DNA of 53,814 nt, counting the filler, from Catajapyx aquilonaris (Eukaryota), in assembly GCA_000934665.2 (NCBI GenBank). It is 3 parts of 3 records of this genome, joined end to end, with 100 filler letters (N's around TTAATTAATTAA, not from the genome) between each part and the next. Parts side by side here need not be neighbours in the genome. Positions count along the whole stretch, not along the records: positions 1 to 17,766 come from JYFJ02006872.1; positions 17,867 to 35,587 come from JYFJ02006873.1; 1 more part is not named here. One strand, written 5' to 3'. The notes under the pieces were generated by a model. It did no database searches. It was not told the origin of the DNA and worked only from the letters and a program-made list of their open reading frames with translations. Positions within the stretch are counted from its first letter, which is position 1, and each line of letters starts with the position of its first letter. This document shows, one piece after another, positions 13,076 through 26,231 of the stretch. A program made the position numbers and the translations under genes.

Positions 13076-14373
13076 ATAAACAACGCTGCCTGTTGACCTA
13101 TCTCAGTTCTCTGTCATTCTAATTTGAATAACTGATACAATATGAATGTCAGAAACCTGACAAAAAAAAAATCCACATCCTATTAACCTTTCCGTGATTA
13201 TCTTGGGAGCACTTCGAAAGGTACAATAATTGCGTGTGTGTGTGGGGGGGGGGGGGGGGGTTTANGAAGACAGGATCTGTCACGTTACCAAGTATTATAT
13301 GCCCACTCCTGTACAGAGGATGTACAGTACTACCTGGCAGACATTTATCTGTTGTAAGATGGCTACAGGAAGTAAGTAAAAGTAGGGACATATGCTGCAG
13401 TTTTTTCCCCTTCATGAAACAATTTCCTTTCCTTTACCTAGCACCAGATGGAAATATCCAAGCCTTTTCACAGGATATTTGTAACAGCCTTGCATTACAG
13501 TACTAGCGTGTATGGGTGCTACAGGTATTCTCTCCATTTGCACACAGATGTGCTCTATTATTGCCTTCTATGGGTTTAAAAAATAGAAATTCTCGAAAGC
13601 TCGAGAATAAGGCGAATCACCTCCAGGTAATCACATTCTCCACAGGCTAACAGAAGTAGTTACAATACAGGCTCCTGAAATCAGCATTTCCTTATATAAT
13701 GGGGTAGGAAAGATGACAACAAAAATAAGTCTCACAATTCATTATAACAACAATATATATTCGGTATGGTTCTTAGCGAGCTGGTAGTGAACATCCCAAA
13801 CCAAAAATCATTATTTTCAATCAGTAAAGCCAATTGGCCTTCGGGTCCCTCTTAAAAATGGAAATTCAAGGGCAAAGGTAAGGGTGTGGTGGGGGAATTA
13901 TGGCAAGTCAAATAATACAAGACTGAGTGACAACTGCAAATATTCACCAGTGTAAGAACATGTGGGTAGCTCTCATTATTACTCATTCTCATTGAGTTCA
14001 CTGCCTATTTGAGCACTGCATGCAGTTCCAACCTGGGTCATGTTTCAGGGCCTTAGGCTGGGAAGGGGATGATTACTGGGTTTTACTTTTTATTACATCT
14101 GATTTAGGTACTACCAAAAGGCCACTGAAACCAGTTCTGACACATTGCTATGAGAATAAATAGACACAACTTTTTTTCCCCCTTCACTTTTTGTCTGGAT
14201 ATGGACATTTAATTATGCTTAGTTTGTTGAAAAATAACTGGCATGCAATTTTAAGCGAATGTACTGCATATAATTACGGCAATGGTATGTATGTATGTAT
14301 GTGTATAACTTTACTACCTGCAAGCATTACGAATCCAAACTTTCTTTTATTTTCGCTCCTACCAAGGAAAAAA

Positions 14374-15571
14374 TTTATTGTACTTTTGTCTAGCTGTTAT
14401 ACAGCGTTTCCCTTAAATACGTATGTCTTCGTTTCATGTTGAACGCATGACAAGTGGTGTCAATTGGGTGATTCAATTAAATATTACCAACTTAGTCTGC
14501 TTTCCTCAAGCACCTGATGCACGCACAAACTATTACAAAGAAAATCAATACTTTTTTACTGCACTTCCCATGAGATGTAACACAATGCAGATCAAACCTG
14601 CCCAAGGCACTTCCATTAATCTCGGGTGGAACCGACCGAAGAACATGGGAAAAGAAAAAAATGAGCCAAAAAAAGGACACAATGTGCCAAGAATCTCCTA
14701 AGCAGAGATCAAAATATTGTACCGGAAAATCCAACTATTAGGAAGACTTGCAGCCCTATTGGGAAACCAAGAAAAAAAGGAGGCCACAGAGAACATAATG
14801 TACGTGAAGAAAGCGAGATCAAACTTCTGTACAACTGGTGGCTTATAAACAAATAATAATTATTAATAAAAATACATATTGTACAAGATGGACATGTTTT
14901 TTGATGAAGAATGTGTAGTGTGTGGGTGTGTGTGTATGTGTGAATTCATCTCCCATTTTACCAAGTTAAACTCTCTTTTGCTCTCAATTAAATCGTACAA
15001 AAAATACAATCTCACAAGCTCAACAACCGCGAATCCTGAATCGCCTCAATATAATCTCTTCTACCATTTCCCTTCCCCCATTATTTTTAATTTTCTCTCC
15101 ATGATCTAACAGCATCTTTTAAAATTTCTTCTTGAACCTCTGCAATACAACTACACCTAAACCTTGGGATTGTTGTACACACGAGAAGCGCTGCCATTTT
15201 TCTCTACTCACATTACATGCACACACATATCTGGAATTTGAGGGGGAGGGGGGGGGGGGAGGACAATTCTTGTCTTTTTTAAAAATCTGGCCTTTCTTAT
15301 TTAAAGCGGAACACTGATAACTTGGGTTTAAAGGTTCTTGCAACTCTTCTTGAGCTTTGGGAAGTGATTTGGTTGTTGCTTTACCTTTGGAACTCTTGAG
15401 TGCTGAGGTTAGGGTAGAAAGGGAAAATGGGGAACTTTTTGAGACTGTACACTTGCGCTTTCTCAGTACGTTGCTTCATGCCCAGCCAGGATGTATAGGT
15501 TAGCACCCTCGTCCACAAGGGTGCCAGTTTTGCTCACCTCCTCGCTGGGATGGCTTTCCAACACAACCACT
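14374..15571 (-). other. Possible terminal exon plus 3' UTR of an unidentified minus-strand gene
   Basis: Strong acceptor CTTTTTTTCTCTACCTCAG ending at 15572, short open frames then stops, AU-rich non-repetitive tail, AATAAA at 14379-14374. Confidence 0.3.
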
Positions 15572-17766
15572 CTGAGGTAGAGAAAAAAAGAGTCAGGTGC
15601 AATTTCTAAACACAACTGCACAACACAGTACAACAGCAAGCACAACATAAAATAACAGATGGAATTTTACTCTTAAAATAAATGTAAATGCACTACAATA
15701 ACTCATATTCTCAAGGAGAATGGGTGAATAGGCTCAACATGTTTGGCCCCATTGAGGTGGCAGAATACTCGTTTGCTGGCAAACACTCTGCATTATTACT
15801 AAGGTTCAGTAGTGGCTTTTACACAGATGGACCAAGCCAATGTAAGGCCATTGTGAGCCAGCCACATTTATTACTTCATGCTACAGTAAAACCTGTGTAT
15901 AACAGAACCATATGGTAAAATGTTCTCTAATAAACAATTTTCCATTATATCAGGCAATACTGAACAAGGAACCATTTTTAAGTCACATTAATATGCATCA
16001 CAATTGGTGCCTCTGAGTTTTACATTTGTGGTCTGCTAAACAGTCTTCTCGGCGTCCACAGATACTAAATAAGCATAGGTATAGACGTGGCTACAAAACA
16101 ATTTTGAACGGCACAGAAGGGTTTTTGTCATTGTTGTAATGTCAATGTTAATATCAACAACAGCTAACATGTACCCACAAATCGCGAAAAAGAAATATTT
16201 CCCTTTTCATGTTAGGCCGGTTCAGTTATATTAAACAAATATTGGAAGCAAATCCAACCTTGCTAGCAAGGCTTCAAAACATTTCTGCTGAGAACACTTT
16301 AAAAACCATACCGAGGGTTCGCTATAGGCAGGTTTCCCAGTATTTTGGTGTGGTTGTTTGAAGAAAAAACATATAAGCATCAAATATTAACTTGCACATT
16401 TTTGGCAAGGAAAAGTGTTTGACTCGTACCACATAAATGTGCCTGCTAAGTCTTGTGTAGCAGACTTGCATATAATAACGCCTCTATAACTCAACCTGAA
16501 AAAGCTCAAATGTTGCTACTCTAAGGACCAAAGAAACTTATCATAATTGTGCATGGAAAGAAGGCCTATTGCTCGACTGCTTTGTTGCCATCACCTCAAG
16601 GCAGTACCTATGGGATATTCTGCTGAACTGATTATAGGACCTGCAGCAGGATTGCTTTTGATGTACAGTACATTGCAATATTATAATTTCTAGTGAGGTT
16701 AGTTACCCCACTGTGAAATATTGGTTTAAAAATAATAAATGAACCGTTTTTTCCCTATTTAAATTGGCCATGAAGGTGTCAGGAGCTTCTGAGTATGTTT
16801 ACTTAACTGGGTGGCAATTTGACAAAATGTTAATTTTTTCAAGCTGCTTATTGTGGATTAAAACTTCACTCAGTTTAAGATGTAAAATTTATGATTACAG
16901 GTTACCCATGATGGTACTGTGGCCAATTGGGGGATCCCCTTTGTAACACCTGCCTTGATTTAATAAATGCCTGCCAATATTTTGATTGTGGGAGGAGAAA
17001 TGGGAAACCCCAAATAAAACCACTGAACATGGAGAGAACCTAACAAAACCCTTTTTATCCTTTTCATCAACCCATGCAATAGGATTTACTACAGTTTCAG
17101 GAAGGTATGTAAAAGCTCCCACGACATTAGCTGATTCATCATTATACCAATGGATAAATTTTATGAGTAGTAGAACTCTCCATTAACCAGTTTTCACTAC
17201 TTTTTACTAAATCTTGGAGGAAGCAGCAGTAAAAATATGCACCAGTATCTCTCCAAGTTATAGTGGAGGAATTGTTGAAATCACACAATATTAGCAGCCC
17301 TGATGAAATACAAGGTTCTGTCAAACACAAGGTGTAAAAGTGGATTAAGTCAACAGTACACAGGTATGATCCGAGGATTTTTGTTCCTTGATTTATTTGC
17401 TTACAGTTGACTGGCCCACTTTCATGGAACTGAACCTTTTACTGCAAGGGTTAGAAACAGAAGTCATGGCGTGTATTTAAAAATTCGAATGCCTGAGCCT
17501 TTATCCTCCTGAGACCTGAGAAGAATTTTTTAACGCAATGTCAGTTCCTATTGCATTTTCTGAACATGTTCCCAATAAGAAACAAGAAAAAAATTTTAGT
17601 TTTAAAATATCGACAAAAATGGCGACAAACAACCAATGGGAACATTAGGACCCAATTGGTGCTACAAATGCAGAACGGATGAAAGCTGAAAATTGAAATA
17701 CCACTTAATGGATCACTCACATAGTGCTCTATCCTCCAAACAATGTTTTTAAAATTAATTTGTGGA

Positions 17767-17866
17767 NNNNNNNNNNNNNNNNNNNNNNNNNNNNNNNNNN
17801 NNNNNNNNNNTTAATTAATTAANNNNNNNNNNNNNNNNNNNNNNNNNNNNNNNNNNNNNNNNNNNN
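17767..17866. other. Artificial assembly linker
   Basis: N44-TTAATTAATTAA-N44, exactly 100 nt; the core places stop codons in all six frames. Confidence 0.97.
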
Positions 17867-18186
17867 GGGGGGGGGCTCTACCCTTCGAAGACGCCAAATT
17901 CAGATGGCCGGCTCCGTTGCGACGCCCCTGTGATGTCAATTCCAAAATGTGTTTCCCATTGCCGATCGATTACTAACTTGGCCGATTAGAACCGTTCCAT
18001 GACCGGAAGAAGCGCCAGCTCTTTCTCCGGACCATGCAAAAAAACCGTGTGTCCGTATCTCAAACAGCGTGCCAAGATTCGTCGAACGAAGACAGGTCAG
18101 CGCACCTGATTTTCGCTTGCTGCCACCTAGAAAGTGGCGGGAAACCTCATGACCCGGCCCCCTGAAGCGTTTTAAGTGTATTTTAA

Positions 18187-18312
18187 CCTCCTGAGACCTG
18201 ATGTCCAATATATTGGACATCAGCAAAAAAAGAAAATTGGCGTCAATTTCAGTTGACACCTTTTTTTTTTTTTTGCTGATGTCCAATATATTGGACATCA
18301 GGTCTCAGGAGG
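18187..18312. mobile_element. piggyBac-like MITE (CCTCCTGAGACC family)
   Basis: Same TIR start; each arm contains the perfect palindrome CTGATGTCCAATATATTGGACATCAG; flanks TTAA/ATAA. Confidence 0.8.
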
Positions 18313-18429
18313 ATAATATGGCACGTGCCATTAATTCTACTCCACCAGCTCTGACCAGAACCAGAAAAGTATAAAAGTACAAAGTCACAAAACATGTCCT
18401 AATGAATGGTGAAATGTTGCATGACTAAC

Positions 18430-18965
18430 CTTCCTCGGAAGATTCCACCTACAGCTCCTCTTCCTCCCCTCCCAATACCACCTCGTCCCCGTGTATGAGG
18501 AAGTCCTCCTCTCATTCCACTTGGACCGCCAGCAATCAGACCCAGAGCCTGGGCTTCCAGCTTGAGCTCAGCAACCTTTCTTTGCAACTCATATGTGTCT
18601 CCACCTTCTTGTTGCTTGTTATACAAGTCCAGCTCCGCATCCAGAATCTCTTTCTGTGCTTCCTCCTTGGTCTTTGATGGAGAGGAGACGGGAGATGTCA
18701 CAGGCTGGGGTCCCACAGAAGTGGATGACTGCCCTCCAGGGCTGCTCAGAATCCCACCTTGACGGTATTGGGTAAGCTCCTTCTGTATTGACCGAATACT
18801 TTCCTGGAGTAACTTGATCAGCTTCAATATCTTGGTGCGCTCCTCTGGCTTCATGTTGGACTTATTCTTTTCCAAGCGTTCAATGAGACGCTTTTGCTGC
18901 TTGATTTGTTCCATCACCATATCGTGCTTTCGCTTGCGCAGATCCTGGGTAAGCTTCATTGCCTC
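18430..18965 (-). CDS. RBM26: RBM26/27 exon (coiled coil and RGG region)
   Basis: EAMKLTQDLRKRK...RLEKNK...KEEAQKEILDAELDLY...LEAQALGL...RGRGG; donor AG/GTTAGT. PWI/zinc-finger 5' exons and RRM2 3' exons are not in this block. Confidence 0.92.
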
Positions 18966-19282
18966 CTGAGTGGCAAAGGAAATTGTTCGATTGTGTAGGT
19001 TTCATATTATAAAATTACAAATACCTGTAACACAATCTAGGGGGTATTTTTTGGTACTCAGATGCAAAGGTCATAAGGCAGCAATATTTGCCCACTTCTA
19101 GAAAGCCAGCCCCAACCTGACTCTAGAAGAGGTCCAAAACATAACTCCAACCCAGCCCCTTTTACGGCAAGGCAACCTAGGCAGTTACCTAGGGTGGCAG
19201 ATTTCACGGGGCAGAAAATTTAGGCGTAAGAAAAAATGTTAACGAAGAATTACGTAATAATAAATAATCACACGACTGGGAG

Positions 19283-19580
19283 CAGTGCCGGATTTACCAT
19301 TAGCCAGAGTAGGCAATTGCCTAGGGGCGGCCGCGAGTTGCAATTAATATATTTCAAATAGGCTACAATAAAAGGAAATAAACGCAAAATTATTTAAAAT
19401 TCACATTTTTGAGCGCCGCCAGATTTACCACCAGGCAGAAACTCCTAAGGGCGGCCCCCCTTCGGGGGTGACCATAAGTTGCAAAAGAAAATTTTTAAAC
19501 AAAAATAAAATGAAGGAGAGAACCCAAGAGAAAAATTTAATTTTTAAACAGCATGGGGTGGGGGCGTAAATCCAGCACTG
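19283..19580. mobile_element. hAT-like MITE
   Basis: CAGTGCCGGATTTAC ... GTAAATCCAGCACTG TIRs and internal CCTAGGG(G)CGG repeats; no clear TSD. Confidence 0.55.
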
Positions 19581-19852
19581 TCCACACCCCACCCCATTCA
19601 GTCCAAAGGTGACCTTGCAACTAGTCCCCATGAAAAACCACTAACTCAGGCCCCCTCGTGGGGTGAGAAATACAGGATGTTTCATAATGACTCTCTGATT
19701 AACCTGAGCCACACTTTTGACTTGGTTAGTCCCTTGTGTGTCACCAGCAGATTTTTTTTTTTTTCTTGCTGGCATCTCCCAGAACTGCCAAAAATACAAA
19801 CTGGCCACCATCCTAATTAGCATTAAGATGCAATACATTATAAATCACTTAC

Positions 19853-19933
19853 TTTTTTCTTTTCTTCCTGTTTCTTCTTGAGTGCTTCCTTGGCAGCAAG
19901 TATCTCCTGGTTTTTCTTTACTGCAGCAACAGC
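19853..19933 (-). CDS. RBM26: RBM26/27 exon (coiled coil)
   Basis: AATAG acceptor, GTAAGT donor; AVAAVKKNQEILAAKEALKKKQEEKKK runs in frame into the next exon EAMKL. Confidence 0.85.
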
Positions 19934-20132
19934 CTATTGTTTTCAATGAGAACAGAGTCAGTGTGGCAGAAAACCATAATACCATGCAGTTGTTAGTAGA
20001 AAAATACCCCTCAACACCATAACCCATACCTAGCTACAAAAACAACTGACTTTCAAATATATACATTCTTCTCAGTTGTTTTCAAACTGTACTCCTCCTA
20101 TAAGACAAATGTGCAGGTCAGCATCCCCTTAC

Positions 20133-20231
20133 CTGTGCCTTGCTTGTGTCGCTTTTAACGGCACCCTCCTGCTTCCTCAGAGCGGCAGGGTTGTACACCG
20201 TTTTTGTTAGGTTGTTCCCTGACATTATTAC
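20133..20231 (-). CDS. RBM26: RBM26/27 exon
   Basis: VIMSGNNLTKTVYNPAALRKQEGAVKSDTSKAQ (family LTKTVYNPAAL motif); phase 0-0; CAG/GTAAGG donor. Confidence 0.88.
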
Positions 20232-20755
20232 CTGCAGGTATATATGGGACAAATGCACACATACGTGCACACACACACACCGCCAACACCACCAAGATCT
20301 CAACCCAATCATTTTTATATAAAAAACAAACAGTACTGCTGGAGAGCAGGTTGAGGACTGTCCTGGCACCAAGGTAATTGGCATGTCGAATGCCAGGTAG
20401 CGTAGAAGTGATGCTATTATTTTTACTGTTATGAAAATAAATAGTGTTTGGATTTAATAGTGACATTTCAAAGCAAATTTTCATTATCATGTTGTGCTGG
20501 AGTGATGCCTGATATTGCTGTCAATTTCCAACAATGCCACTCTCAAATAATTTTAGTTAAACTTTCCCACTTACAGGGACGGTTCAGCCCTTTTAAAAGT
20601 TGGGCTCCAACAATAATAAGGCAAAAATCACTGAGTCCAAATAAGCCGATCGCTTTGGTAACAAGCGCAAAAAAGGCACAAAATACCAAGTCAAAGATTT
20701 TTTATAAATGTTGCCACTAATCTCCACTCCATTTAGCAACGAGAAGCTAACTATA

Positions 20756-21380
20756 CTAGGGAGAAGATAACTCATTCGTTTTGGGAGGTGGCTTGTGACC
20801 TTGGCAACCATAATTAGCCCCGCCCCCTGCTGAGTTTTTTGTATGGAATTTAGAACCATTGGTGGGGAAATATTTCCCCTCTGCTTGGTTACCAATTGCA
20901 TTAGTGTAAACCAGCCCCCTGACACATCCAGCCTTTCCCTGTGTTGAAGGTTGTTTAATATAAAAGGCACCGCTAGGCAGGGGAAGTGGTGCCAGTGCGC
21001 CTCCACAACCGTCTAGTGGGGGGTCCCTTCGGGTGGCTGCCTACTTCAGCCTGTGGACTGGTGCTGAGGAAAATTAGGCCCTAGGTAGGTTTGAACGGTT
21101 TCAAGCAGGCGTCCGCCTGAAGGGACCCCCCACTAGACGGTTGTGGAGGCGCACTAGCGCCACTTCCCCCACCTAGCGGTGCCTTTTATATTAAACACCG
21201 AATCGTGTTTGTGTCAGGGGGTTGGTGTAAACAAACTCATCTCATTCTTGAGGTTTTAGAACATAACGCCAATCTCCTTTGAAATAGATCCTGATTGGTC
21301 GACCGGTAGGGGGCGGGGTCAATTATGGTTGCCAAGGTCACAAGCCACCTCCCAAAACAAATGAGTTACCTTGTCCCTAG
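20756..21380. mobile_element. Whole-length foldback element (TATA-CTAGGG...CCCTAG-TATA)
   Basis: Outer arms 20756-20830/21305-21380 and inner arms ~20950-21035/21113-21197 are reverse complements. Confidence 0.8.
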
Positions 21381-22779
21381 TATATCAGTCTAAAAGAAAA
21401 TACTGCTGCAGCAAATTTTCCTATTTCCATCTTGAGTTGACTTCACCTCAGGTGACAAAGGGGTTGGAAAGGCAGGTTATGATAAGGTGGAAGGTAGAGG
21501 GGAGACAGTTCTCAGGAGATACTAACATATCAGTTCCAGATGAACTGAATGTCACAAGTATCATCCAAGAGGTAACCAGATGTCCAGCAAACATCGGCTT
21601 GGAGGAAGATCTGGAAAGGATTGTACTACTGGACAGGGATGATGGAATGTGTTTTGGGTTCATCCGTGAATAAAGCATTGAGTCTTACACTCAAGTCAAA
21701 ACTACGTCGCAGCTACTGAGCTACTGTACTGGTGATACGTATTCGGCACCTGGAAAATTATGACTGCAATTACTGGCATTTGTTTTGTCATAAAAAATGA
21801 TCGTTTATTTGAAATCAGTGACATTATCTGATTTTTGGAGCCTAACTTGCTGAAGGACCAATACCTTCTTTCAGGCACTGCATGTTCTTCCCATTTCTTG
21901 CTACTTTTATTACTGAACTGAACTCTTAAAACAGTCTCTATATGCCAACATCAGTACCTGACCACTTCTCCAACAAAGCCAGGGATCTGCCTCCTTGCTT
22001 TTTAACGTCTTCAATCATAGGTATTTTCATGCAAACAAGAAACAATCCCAGTCACTCCCAGTTGTACTCTACCTGTAACGAACTTCCCAGTAACGAAAAC
22101 CTCTTCATAGTGATAATTATTGTGATGATCAGAGATCCATATAGAGATGTGCTAAAACTACTCTCTTGTAATGGAAATAATTGCTCTAAGTAATCACATA
22201 AGGAACAGATTTTTTTCTGAGATGTTTTCCCACAAGGAAAATGAGGCATCAATTTGGGCCCAAAACAGAAGTCACCTGGGATCTATTTCACAACAAAGGT
22301 ATTTGACCTCTAACTTTGAACCCTGCCGCCTTTTCGCCTCGGCCAATTTCATGCGGGTTAGAGCACCACACCTCCCTCGCTAGCCAATAGTGTGCAGGTT
22401 GGTGATGTCATTTCCAAGTTACCATATGACATTACATTTTTTAAATGTATTTTGTGGGTTATTTTAAAATATGAATTCCAGAATACCCATGCCTCAGTCC
22501 ATGTCAGCTGTAACAACTCAAACCCTTGCATCATAATTTTGGTTTGTTCATTAGTACAGAACAGATATGAATACGAGTAATGTTCCATGCTTCTGGCAAC
22601 TAGTGATTGTAACATTGTTCCGAAGAGTACTGCTGCAACTTGCGGAAGCATACAGCTTAGTACATGATGCCTAGCATTGATATCTATTATTTTAGCACCT
22701 ATACTAAAAGTAACTTCAAAACAAAATTTTAAACAATAAGCCTCTTAGTGCAAAAAAAAAATCAAAAAGAAACAAACTG

Positions 22780-22984
22780 GAATACTCTTGATACATCCCA
22801 TCTGAAGCATGCAATTATCGTCAATATACCTTGCACAATTTCGGCAAATCTGCCTCTTTCCAGCAGTTACTGCATTTTTCAACATTTGGAAATTGGCACG
22901 CATGCACACAGTGGCCTGGACACCCAGCAACTCTCTTGCCAACATTGGCCTGCCTTTTTTGGCTCTACAGATACTAATCGGCAT
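22780..22984 (-). pseudogene. Degenerate hAT transposase C-terminal dimerisation-domain remnant
   Basis: PMLARELLGVQAT...LKNAVTA resembles the LARxxLxIPATS...ERxFS...VT pattern; frameshifted. Confidence 0.35.
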
Positions 22985-23624
22985 ACCTGGGCAAATTACC
23001 CAGAGCGAAGATAGGCCTACTCCTTTTCTTGCACTGTCATTGGATCAAGTTTTCCCTGTAAATGCAAGTGTGTCAAGGAACATGGAGGGAAAAACCTGCA
23101 TATTTTCTCCTGCATCCCCAACTGCGTAATTAGTGTTTGAAATGCCCATATTCATGTAAGAAAATGTAGAGGCAAAGGCTGAGAGAAAGACAGAACACAT
23201 CGAATTTCTGGCCAGGTGTTTACTTGTGACGCCCCATCCCCCACCCTCGGTTTGGATCAGATCTTTATAGATCGTTATAGAGAGAGTACACTGTATCGCT
23301 TTTGCTGGAAAAAGTACTGATGCTTTGTAGCCTGCAGGTTAGGCCAGGACAAAACAGGCTAACATTTTCAGTCTTCAGGATGAATTGACTTGCTCACAAA
23401 TTAACAAAAGATGTAGAACATTTCAAAAAAGTAAAGTGGCAGATCCTGAACATTCAAAACAGTGCTACTTCTACAAGTTAATGATATATTCTGTCATCAT
23501 GCACTTGTACAAATTCCCTACACATGCCTTTTCAGAGGTTGTTATTTCAGCAAAGCTAAGGTTTTTAGGTTGATATGTTCTTCTGTCACAGCTGTATTAT
23601 CTCAGCAATAATAACCACATTTAC

Positions 23625-23882
23625 CTTTTCATTGTCCACTGGGTTGGCCTTTGGCTGGACAGTATTAAGCATCTTTGTTGGGAATCCCAGCCTGTCTTTG
23701 ACTGATAGCTTTGAGTTAGGTGACATATTCTCCAGCTTCCCATCCTGGCTTTCTTTGTTGTGCCAAAACACCTTGATAAATCGATTGTTTAGAACAGCCT
23801 CGGTGCTGCGATAAGCTGCATTTGCCTCTGCATGATTTGAGAAAGTAATGGTGGCTGCCTCCGGGTCATTATCATGGGACAC
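23625..23882 (-). CDS. RBM26: RBM26/27 exon, rest of RRM1
   Basis: DPEAATITFSNHAEANAAYRSTEAVLNNRFIKVFWH ... LSVKDRLG; follows a 72-nt intron; AAG/GTAAAT donor. Confidence 0.93.
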
Positions 23883-23954
23883 CTGTTAACAACAGGAAAA
23901 TCAGAGAGTCAACATGAACAAGATTAACAAATAAGTTAAGAAAATGACAAGTAC

Positions 23955-24361
23955 CTGTATGGTGACTATCTTCCCAAATTTCTCAAAGTGGCCATTAAGT
24001 AGGGAGATATTGTTAAGTCCACGAGGAACCTTCCTGAGCTCCAGGCAGCAGTTGGTTGGATCCACCTTCCGGGGTCCCAAGCGTGAGTAGTCAAAGCATG
24101 CCTTCTTCTTGGAAGGGGTCACCTCCAGTTCCCCTACTCCTCCTCCCATGCTGCTGCCCATTCCTCCCATTTCACCCTCCCCCATTCCACTGGGATTGTA
24201 ATTCTCCCCCGCCCCATGTCTCCTCTTGGTACCTGCCCCACCGTGGTTGTTCATATCATCAGTCACTGGCACACTTATGAGCTCTCTCTGGTGAGCGCCT
24301 TGCTGGTACATAGTTCCTCCACGTTGACCCATGTGGCGTGGGCCCATGGGACTACCACGTC
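23955..24361 (-). CDS. RBM26: RBM26/27 exon, start of RRM1
   Basis: Encodes LELRKVPRGLNNISLLNGHFEKFGKIVTIQ, the RBM26/27 RRM1 signature; canonical AG/GT. Confidence 0.92.
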
Positions 24362-24513
24362 CTGCAATTACGTTACATGAACACAGCTGCCTTTCATGAT
24401 CACCAAAAAATAACTTGGCTGTTCAGGATTGAAGTTGCAATGTTACAGACTTACACATTTATACAAACCCTTCAAAAAAGCACAATGAACATTTTCAGTT
24501 GGAAGGAATAGAC

Positions 24514-24609
24514 TGTACTATGGGCGCCAAAAGAATTGACCGGTGTTGATGGGTATATAGCGCCATATACCCATCAACTCCGGTCAATTCTTTTGGCGCC
24601 CATAGTACA
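24514..24609. repeat. Near-perfect 96-nt palindrome (mini foldback element)
   Basis: TGTACTATGGGCGCCAAAAGAATTGACCGG(T/A)GTTGATGGGTATAT-AGCGCC-reverse complement. Confidence 0.9.
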
Positions 24610-26231
24610 ACAGGCCTTGGGAAGGAGCGTAACTTGCCACTACCAATGTTTAAGCAAACTCTACCAGTGACTTAAGCACAGTCCAAGGAAAGGTGTTCAT
24701 CACAGTTTCAGTAGCAGCAGAATGAAGCAGAAATGACCAAATCCAAGTACTTGTCTAGTGTACAAAAACAATTTCTATAGTTTATAATAATTATATGAAT
24801 GACATATTACATTTTCAGTGACAATTAACCAATAGTAGAGAATCTTCTACTGATGGCATATGAAGATGTTTGCAGCATTGAATAGAAGCATCTGGCCAGT
24901 CCATTTCCTTCTTCAGAAGAGGGAATCAATGAAAGTTAGATATGGTAGAAGTAGGGAATAGTTACTTTCATGTTTCATTTCCCTCATCAGGTATAAGCAG
25001 ACAAGCCTGATGGTTGCATTCAGCACTGGAAAACAAAAATCATAGCAATGCCTCAGTGCCACTGCACCAGCAGTTAAGCATTCTATATCAAACAGTGTAC
25101 AGTATTTACCTACTCGTTTATTCATTTCTTTGGCTGTAAACATTCTGCTAGCTGTCAATAAAGCATCAAAAATCACAGTTACTCTTTAGATGCTTTTCCT
25201 GACATTGTCATGTTTTTATTTAGACTATTCCACATTTGTATGTCACTGTGTGCAACGAAAACCAAAGCAACTGAAGAGGATGTTCTAATTGAAATGGTCA
25301 TTTTAGTTGGCAGTTATTTTTGGCACTATGCTGCTGATTTTGTTACTTTTGATTAGTGACAGATGTTATCTAACAAGATTGGCAAACCACACTCATGTGA
25401 TTCCCGTAGACTCTTTCTCATTGCCAAGAAAATTCAAATTGGACGATAATGTCATAGAATACTGTCAGTCTCATTTCTTGGCAATGAATTTTAAATACAA
25501 AAATAACAATTATTTCTAAAGCATGTCGACTTGACCTTGGCAGATAGAGTGAACCCAGAAAACCAGACGTTGGCCATGAAACCTATTTTGGTCATGCTGA
25601 ATATGAACCCGAAAGCTATTCGTCAATCTCTCTTGCGGTTTAGGCCCTGATACCTGTCCACAGACACATGGAAGGACAGAGCCTTCTATAAGACTTTATT
25701 TTGATGAGAAAAAGTCTAAAAGCATTAGCTGTAATATCTGATTGCAGGTACCAATCCTTTTCAACACCTGCAATAATGGGTTTGGTCATTGACATTCAGT
25801 TCTGCCAAATACTTGCAGCTAATAAAATCACTATTATGGACATTTTAATTGGAACACACAGTCTTCGTAAACCATGCCATGGTTGGGTAACATCTAAATG
25901 GCAAAAAAATATTAAGTATAACACAGGTCTGTGATGAAATTTTTTTCTTCAAAGTGAGAGGAGTTTCTTATGAATTTTTTGATGCTGATTTCAGAAAATA
26001 TACGCGAAGGCTTCTACCATGTACAGTTTCGTCACAAATCGAGAATTTCTGTCTGGTTGCCTACCTACTGGGCGCGCGCTACTATAAAAATGTGGCAAAA
26101 TAGTATTTTCGCTTAGATATGAGGTATTTCAGGTCAACGATGATAAATTGAAACATAGAAAGTAGAAAATTGTTAAAATGTCAAAATGTCAAAAAATGTG
26201 GCCAAAACAGGACGCTAAAAGTAGGGGAAAC

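Noticed and set aside
17811..17822. TTAATTAATTAA palindrome repeated at 35632
   Set aside because: Synthetic linker within N padding.
21371..21678. 100-aa (+) and 76-aa (-) ORFs as standalone genes
   Set aside because: No domain similarity or convincing start context; kept only as a candidate non-productive exon.
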